The translations under genes and the position numbers were made by a program. Below, piece by piece: positions 35,111-64,000 of a stretch of 64,000 bases of DNA; the stretch's first letter is position 1; the number at the start of each line of letters is the position of its first letter. Source of the stretch: the human T2T-CHM13v2.0 reference genome, Homo sapiens; assembly GCF_009914755.1 (NCBI RefSeq), contig NC_060947.1, one strand, 5' to 3'. Below the pieces are notes generated by a model that saw nothing but the letters and a program-made list of their open reading frames with translations, had not been told where the DNA came from and did no database searches.

Positions 35111-35322
35111 GATCTGTGTCACCCAGGCTGAAGTGCAAGTAGCACAATTGCGGCTCACTGCAGCCTTGACATTCCAGATACAGGCGATCCTCCCATCTCA
35201 GCTCCCTAGCAGCTGGGATTGCAGGCACACTCTCCCACACTGGGCTAAGTTTTTAAATTTTTAGTAGAGATGGGGTCTCCCTATGTTGCCCAGGCTGGTC
35301 TTAAATTCCTGAAGTTAAGTGA

Positions 35323-35766
<444 letters not shown>

Positions 35767-36648
35767 TAATCTTGGCTACCTTGAATAATGATATAATTGG
35801 TTTAATAAATTTTTGTAGTATAAAGGACAGCCCAGAGACAGTAAAGAAAAATCTAGGCAGCCTGACCCCACCCTGCCATCAAAAACATGTAACATACAGG
35901 ACTCTTTATACCAACAAAAGGTTACAAAACCTCCTTAACCTTTCCTCTATGGAATTAAAGATAACATCTGTGAATACCATAGAAAGTTACATCTTAATTT
36001 TATAATCAAAGCTTCATTACTGTCTCCGGACTACCTAACGTATGCATGCTGTGGAGGGTGGTCCAGTTCCAGTTCCTCCAGATTTTGAAGGCATTAAAGC
36101 TTCATGAATGCCCAAGTCATCCTTTTTCACTTCCCTGGAACTAGCTACCCCCCACTGCCCTCACCCTTTCAATTTTTCCTGCCTCCTTCCCCTAGCATCA
36201 CTTCTCTCCACCAGAGCAGCTAACTCCCCATGGCTGTAAGCATCATGAGAAAGCAACCACGTTGTGTTCACTACCATAGTGTCAGTGCCAACACATACTA
36301 GGAGGTGCTCAAATATTGTTTAGACAGCCAAGGTCTGAGTTGTCTCCATACTACCTTTATTTCCAAAGAAATCAAACATGTATCTGAACAAAAGGAGGCA
36401 GAAATTGATCAAACACTTGCTTTCCTATTGTTTCTAACAGTTTATATTTATTTTTAAATTATTATTTTTTTAAATTTTTTGAGGCACGGTCTCACTTTGT
36501 AACCAAGGCTGGAGTGCAGTGGTGTGATCATGGCTCACTGTAGCCTTGACTTCCCAGACTGAAGTGATCCTCCAGTCTCAGCCTCCTGAGTAGCTGGGGC
36601 TACAGGTGCACACCACTATGCCCAGCTAATTTTTAAAAATTATTTTAG

Positions 36649-36807
<159 letters not shown>

Positions 36808-37167
36808 TAGTAGAGATGGGGTTTCACCATGTTGGCCAGGGTGGTCTTGAACTCCTGACCTCAAGTGATCCGCCCACCTTGGCCTCCCAAAATGCTGTGA
36901 TTACAGGCGTGAGCCACTGCATCCAGCCTATTTTATGTTTAAATTAATAGACTTTTATTTGTTTTATTTAGAACCAGCTCTTACTTTTGTTTACAGTTTT
37001 GGGTGAGATGCCTGCTTCTACTTCACCTTCTGCCATGAGTTAAAGCTCCCTTAGGCTTCACTAGAAGGTGAGTGATGTCAGATGTCAAAAATTTAATTTC
37101 TCAAAACTCATAGCTATTTAGTAAAGTTAATAAACACACTTAGCTTCACACTTGAATGCTGTTACTA

Positions 37168-37173
37168 TTTATT
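37168..37173 (-). terminator. UPF3B poly(A) signal AATAAA (3'UTR about 0.85 kb)
   Basis: tttatt on the + strand, about 830 nt after the stop codon, followed by a GT/T-rich stretch on the minus strand. Confidence 0.75.
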
Positions 37174-38000
37174 GACATCAAAACGAAACAAGCTGAGACT
37201 AAAAGTTGCTATTTAACAGGAATAGACACTGGTGCAGTTTCCTTCCTGGAGAGGGTATGCACTCAGATCATGAGACCTAAGATCAAACACACTGGATTGT
37301 CAAGAGTCAAACAAGGACTACATTTTACCTCTTAATAGAAAAGATGCTGATGACAAAACACGAAGTTTAAAAATATTCTTTACGCTAAGCTCATATAAGC
37401 AAACAAAAAACTAAAACTAATCCTAAAACTTTAGGACACTGGATACAGAAGTAACATAACTATTTAAATTTTTGTATCAACGAAAGTGTGTTCTATCCTT
37501 CACTGTACCTGTACTACAAGGACATGCTTGTTGCTTCTACACTACCCAATGTCAACACTTATCATCAACAATACAATAGAATTAGATCGGAACAAGGCTT
37601 CAAAGCGACTCTGCTCCACCCAAATTCAGAAAATTCAATTCAGGATGAACAACAGCTTTTGATTTTAGAACCAGCTCTTACTTTTCTCTCGTGTCATATG
37701 TGATGAAGTCCTCACTTGACAATTCCCCCTGCAAATTGCAATGCATGTCCTTGCCGTCACCTTTTTCTGACACTTTAAAATTAATTTGTAGAAATTGCAA
37801 AAGCAATGAAATTGTACTTCCAATTCTGAACCTCTGATCAGATTCCTGCTTTGACACAAGACTTACTCCTCTGCAGTGTACCCCACCAGCACAGCGGCTC
37901 CCTTTCTCTCTATTCTTTGCCCTGAAGGCACCTCTGGATTGCTTAACGTGTGCTCTTTGGCTGCCTAGACAGTCAGGACACCTAAGGCCATCTGGACTTA

Positions 38001-56049
<18,049 letters not shown>

Positions 56050-57311
56050 GGCTACGTCCCCCGCTGAAGCGGCTTGGCCGGAACGGGGTTACCCCGGGCA
56101 CAAACGGCTCCCGGGAAGCTCCCGTCAAAGCTCCGCCCCCAACAAATGCCCCTTGTGATAAGTCGGGCCCCACGTTCCATTGGGTCCTGCCAAGCTCTCG
56201 CGAGACTTGGGCCTTTCCCAGTGCAAAGGTTTTAACACCTGGTTTTTACTTCCCGCCCGCCAAGTTCCTGCGCCACCCAATCCCCTCGCGGCCCAGACTC
56301 CCTCGGGGCCCGCCCCTTCGCGCGTCATTAGCAATTCCGCCATCTTGAAGTGACTCTGTCGGGGACTACAAATCCCGGCATACAAAGCAGCTACCCGCTT
56401 TTGTTGGGCGTTCAGGGGCCAGAGCTATCTCAGGGTCCCTGTTTGTGAGTAAATCGAATCCTTTCATCTTCAGAGTTTTCCAGGTCGAAAGATAGGTTCT
56501 TCACGCTTAGTTTCCATCAGATAAACTCAATGCCGTCCAAATTTTGCCTCACTAGGGGAGCGACTTGTATTTTTTATCATTGAATTCAGAGGCTTTAGCA
56601 TTTATTTTCCTACAACTAAAAGAAAAAGCCTAACATTTAAAAAACTTTATTTTCCTTATATTGATTAGGATTTACAGATACTTAGTAAATACTACAATAT
56701 TAGCCGAGTTCAGTGGCGCACGCCTGTAGTCCCAGCTGCTCGGGAAGGTTGAGAAGAGAGGATCTTGAGCCCAGGAATTCGAGGCTGCAGTGAGCCATGA
56801 TCGCGCCGCTGCACTCCAGCTTGGGCGACAGAGCGAGACCCTGTATATAAAAAAGAAGGATAATAATAAATAAACACAAGATACTGATATTTAAAGGAGT
56901 AATATGACTAAAATATACAAGATTTGTTTTCATCACCTTATTTTAGCAAAAGGATCCTTCTCCCCAGGTACTGATGTCCCACAGGGAGGGGAATAAAAAT
57001 AAAACCCAACTTGATTTAGTTGCGATCACCATCTTCACTTAAAAAGGGCCAATTTTACATTATTTATAATAACTCCAAACTGGAAACAATCCAAATGTGA
57101 ATCTAACAGTGATTATGTTGAGTGACAGAATCTAGACACAGAGTACATGTTGTACAATTCCATTTATATGAAATTTTAGAAAAATAAAACCACAGTGATA
57201 GAAAGCAGATCAGTCGGCCAGGCGTGGTGGCTCACGCCTGTAATCCCAGCACTTTAGGAGGCCAAGGTGGGTGGATCACCTGAGGTCAGGAGTTCGAGAC
57301 CAGCCTGGCTA

Positions 57312-57883
<572 letters not shown>

Positions 57884-58589
57884 TTATGAGCCTTGTTTAT
57901 GCATCTGCCTCTGACCTACTGCTTAGCTCTGCACTTGCATGTTGGTAGTGTATGCCTCTGTTTTGGTGTCCTCACTAGCTTTAAACCACCAGCTGTTTGT
58001 CAGTTGCCAGAATAAAGTGTCCCAGGGCTCAGTCCTTAGACCTCTTTTCTATGTACACTCACTCCTTTATTAATCTCATTCATTCTTTTGGCTTTTCTGT
58101 CTTTGCTGACAACTCTACTCTAGAATTTACATGTCCAGGCCGGGCGTGGTGGCTCACAGCTGTAATCTCAGCACTTTGGGAGGCCGAGGCGGGTGGATCA
58201 CCTGAGGTCGGGAGTTCGAGACCAGCCTGGCCAACATGTGACATCCCGTCTCTACTAAAAATACAAAAAAATTAGCCGGGCGTGGTGGCAGGCAGCTATA
58301 ATCCCAGCTACTCAGGAGGCTGAGGCAGGTGATTCGCTTGAACCCAGGAGGTCGAGGTTGCAGTGAGCCGAGATTGTGCCAGTGCACTCCAGTCTGGGCG
58401 ACAGAGCGAGACTCCGTCTCAAAACCAAAACAAAACAAAAAAAGAATTTACATCTCCAGCCCATACCTCCCTGATGATTTCCAGAGTCATGTATCCAACT
58501 GCCTATTGAACATCTCCACTTAAGACGTCTAACGTGTTCAGCCACCGAATGCATCCAAAACTGAACACTTGATCTTCCCCCACACCAAC

Positions 58590-59350
58590 TGTATTAGCCT
58601 CCTATTCCTGCTGTAACATTACCACAAATTTAGTGGGTTTAAATAATGCAAGTGTATTATCTTACAGTTCTGTAGGTTAAAAGTCCAACAAGGTTTTAGC
58701 TTTGTCCTGTGAGGGGGCAAAAAAATATAGTAATAATAAATAAACAAACAGTCCAATATGGGTCTCACTGGGCTAAAATCAAGGTGTTGGCAGGACTGAG
58801 TTCCTTCCTGGAGGCTCTAGGAGATAATAGATTTCCTTGTCTTTTTCAGATTCTTGAGGCGGCCCATATTCCTTGGCTTATGAACCCTTCGTCTTCAAGC
58901 ATCTCTCTCTGACCCTGCCCCTACTTCTGTCTATTGTCTATATCTCTTTTATTCTCTGCCTTGCCATTCCAAGTTTTTTTTTCAGGGTCACAGTTCACTG
59001 AAGGCTTAAACTCCTGAGCTGAAGTGATCCTCCTGCCTTAGCCTCCCAAATAGCTGGGACTACAGGTGCATGCCACCATGCCCAGCTAATTTATTTTCAT
59101 TTTTGTAGAGAAGGGGTCTCACTGTGTTGCCCAGGCTGGTCTCCAACTCCTGGCCTCTGCACTTTCCCCTTTCACTTTGAAGGACTCCTGTGTTTACATT
59201 GTGTCCGCCTGTAAAATCCAGGATAATCTCCCTATTTTAAGGACAGCTGATTAGCAACATTAATTTCCTTTTGCTATATAACCTAACACAGTCATGGGTT
59301 CTGGGGATTAGGATGTGTACAACTTTGGGGGAGATATTATTCTACCTAAC
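58590..59350 (-). mobile_element. MLT1-family MaLR LTR, Alu-interrupted
   Basis: tgtattag...gctgtaaca.taccacaaatttagtgg...tattatcttacagttctgtagg...gggctaaaatcaaggtgttggcagg. Confidence 0.7.
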
Positions 59351-59655
59351 ACATACTGTAGACTTCCTTTTTGATGAAACTTTTAATTGCAGTATAACAG
59401 ATGTACAGACAAGTGCACTAAAAGTAAGCATCCAGCTTGCTGAATTTTCACAAAGTGAACACACTTATGTAACCAGCATGTAGATCAAGAAACAAAACAT
59501 TGCCAGCACTCCAGATGCTCTCTTCCTACTTGTTCCCAGTCATTTTCGCCACCAAGAATACCACTATCCTTTTTGCTTTTTCTTTTTTAGCAGCTACATC
59601 CTTTTATGAATGACTTCTAATACTATTGAGTTTGTCTGTTTTGAACTTTATGTAA

Positions 59656-60507
<852 letters not shown>

Positions 60508-62587
60508 TTGGCCAAGCTGGTCTTGAACTCCTGACCTCGTGATCCGCCCGCCTCGGCCTCCCAAAGTGCTGGGATTACAGGCTTGAGCCACCACGCCCAG
60601 CTTATTTATGTTATATGTAGCTGTGGATTATTCCTTTTCACTGTTACATAATATTCCATTGTATGAGTCTGCTGCAATTTATCCCACTCTTAGGGGCTAA
60701 TACAAATAGTGCTGCTGGGATTTTAGTGCATATTGTTTGATGATTCATGTCAGATACATACCTAGGAGTGGAATTGCTGGATCACAGAGTAAGCATATGC
60801 TCAACTTTAGTAGGTACTACCATAGAGTTTTCCAACAGGGTTGTACCAATTTACACTTATCAGCAGTGTGTGAGAGTCCTGAGTGCTTCATACCCTTCCC
60901 AACATCTGGTATTGTCTCGTGGGTGTGTAGGGGTGCCTCATTGTAGTTTCACTTTGCATTTCTCTAATGATTAAGTTAAGCACCTTTTCATACATTTTTC
61001 ACTGTGTGCCTTTCTATCCTTTTGGTTATTGCACCAGGTTATTATATTATTTATGCCAGAGCAAAAGAAACAAAACAAAACAGGGATGGTGATATGGCTC
61101 CTTTCCACCAAGTAAGGGGGAGAACAAGAATAAGTGTGTGCGTGTGTGTGACAGAGAGGGAGAAAGAGAGCTGTCCCTAAAGTTCCTCACACCACTGATT
61201 CTCACAGTTTCACTGTATGCTCCAAGGTTCCTCTTCCCACTTCTGATGATGAGCAGTATCATGTTTGGGACCCCATTTTAGAAAAGTAGAAGGAGGCTCT
61301 GCCTGTAATCCCAACACTTTGAGAGGCTGAAGTGGGAGGATTACTTGAGCCCAGGAGTTCAAAATCAGCCTGGGCAACATGGCAAAACCCGTCTCCACAA
61401 AAAATTAAAAAATTAGCCGAGTGTGGTGGCACACACCTGTGGTCTCAGCTACTCAGGAGGCTGAGGCGGGAGGATAGCTTGAGCCCGGGAGTTAAGGCTG
61501 CAGTGAGCTGTGATCGCGCCACTGCACTCCAACCTGGGTGACTGAACAATACCTTGTCTCAAAACAAACAAACAAACAAACAAAAACCCAGAAAGAAAAT
61601 ATCTATACACAAATGGAAGAATCTTACTTTAAAACATCTTCCCTGCCCTCCATTGAACAGGCTACTTTTAATAAATTGTCTTGCCCGTTTTTTATTAATT
61701 CCTTTCACAAATAAAACTCCTTGTGGAAATCTTGTGGAACTGCCTGGTGTTCAGCTCCATCTAGCTTAAAGGTGGTTTAATATCCAATTTTAAGATCAAG
61801 TTGACTTTTATTTAAATGTTATATTCAATGTTGTTTTTAATTAATTCTTGACCCAGATCAGCTCTGAAATTATCCAAATTCTAAACAGATAATTAGGAAA
61901 GGAGTTGGATAATTTGTACAGTACAAAAAATTATTTCACATGAGCGCCTGCTGATCCTAATATTACCTATGAAAGAAAGGGTAATATTTTATGAATTAGC
62001 CAAGTTAAAAATATGTATGAGAACGTTGGACTCCTTCCCAGTCAGTGCATAAAGGAGGCTTACATAGTATAATTATTTGAAGTACCTTCCCACAGTTTAA
62101 GGATTATAACGAAAGATGTTAACCAGCTATTCCTGATGTCTACTGATGACATAAAACAGGAGGAGGTGGCCGGGCGCAGTGGCTTGGTAATCCCAGCACT
62201 TTAGGAGGCCGAGGTGGGCAGATCACTTGAGGTCAGGAGTTCGAGACCAGCCTGGCCAACATGGTGAAACCCCATCTCTACTAAAAATACAAAAATTAGC
62301 TGGAAGTGGTGGCGAGCACCTGTTATCCCAGCTACTTGGGAGGCTGAGGCAGGAGAATCACTTGAACCTGGGAGGCGGAGGTTGTGGTGAGCAAGATTGC
62401 ACTACTGCACTCCAGCCTGGGCAACAGAGTGAGACTCTGTCTCAAAAAAAACAGGAGGAGCTAATGAACAATATAAGGAATTCAGTCACATGGGAAACAG
62501 AGATGAATTTCTCAATTAAGAAAAGTTTTTAGTTTAAAATTGGTAGCTGAGCCTTGGAGGAGTGACATTAGATTCTGAGGGAGAATA

Positions 62588-63189
<602 letters not shown>

Positions 63190-64000
63190 TGATTCTCCCG
63201 CTTCGGCCTCCCAAAGTGCTGGGATTACAGCCATGAGCCACCGCACCCAGCCGCACTCATGTAAACTTGTAAGTAAATCCAGTAAGCTTTAAAAATCCTG
63301 AAGTTGTGTAATTTTCTCAGGGGAATAATTTTACAGGTATAAGCGTAGAAAATTATCAGTTCTATTTCTATAATGTAGACTTAGAAAGATCCTGTGTACT
63401 GAGAGTGAGATGAAATTTGGACAAAAGGAGACTTATGGACTTTCACAACAACAAAACAATCATGATCAAAGCTTATTTTTGCCCTGTGCTGGGCACTTTG
63501 TGTGCGTTGACTTGGTTAGTCCTCACACCAGCCCTATGAATTGGGTACTGTTGTTTTCCCTATTTTGCAATGAGTGAAATTAAGACACGTGGTCACTCAA
63601 ACCCAAAATTACATGGCTAGAAAGTAATACAGCTGATTCATAAATCTAAATTACATCTCCAAGGCTGGTAGTTAAAAAAACAAAACAAAACAAAACGAAA
63701 ACCCTAAATCCTGTGAGTTTGTGTAGGGGCTATTAAAAAAAACTAGAAAAAATTATAGAGTTATCTTAAAAATACTGGTAAATTCTCAGATGTAAAAGTA
63801 ATGTTAATAAAATTAATAAAATGTTTGTTACATTACAAAAATATGAAGAGATTATTTATGTCAAATGTTAAATGCAGTAACACATTATATGGATATGAAA
63901 GTAAGGAGGCCGGGCGTGGTGGCTCACGCCTGTAATCCCAGCACTTTGGGAGGCCGAGGCAGGTGGATCACCAGGTTAGGAGTTCAGGACCAGCCTGGCC

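Overview
Primate (very probably human, X-linked) genomic DNA, very rich in Alu, L1, L2, MaLR and DNA-transposon repeats. It holds one complete protein-coding gene, UPF3B (nonsense-mediated decay factor), on the minus strand: 11 coding exons from the ATG at 56049 to the TGA at 38001-38003, 483 aa, all introns GT-AG, a 39-nt in-frame cassette exon 8, an AATAAA at 37168-37173 and a CpG-island promoter at about 55840-56420. The main surprise is about 30 kb downstream of the gene (about 5.9-35.7 kb): a diverged tandem array with four extra copies of the UPF3B terminal exon. Each copy keeps its intron-10 acceptor in phase and a 3'UTR copy, and three keep a poly(A) signal. They encode variant versions of the C-terminal half of the EJC-binding motif. 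The spacers between copies carry Hsmar2 mariner elements with nested MADE1 MITEs and MaLR LTRs, and the array shows signs of non-allelic gene conversion. An LTR10-family solo LTR with AP-1 repeats lies about 3.9 kb upstream of the start codon. Everything was read by eye. Exon and splice coordinates were checked base by base; repeat boundaries and subfamily names are approximate and come from recalled consensus sequences. Most Alus are not listed individually.
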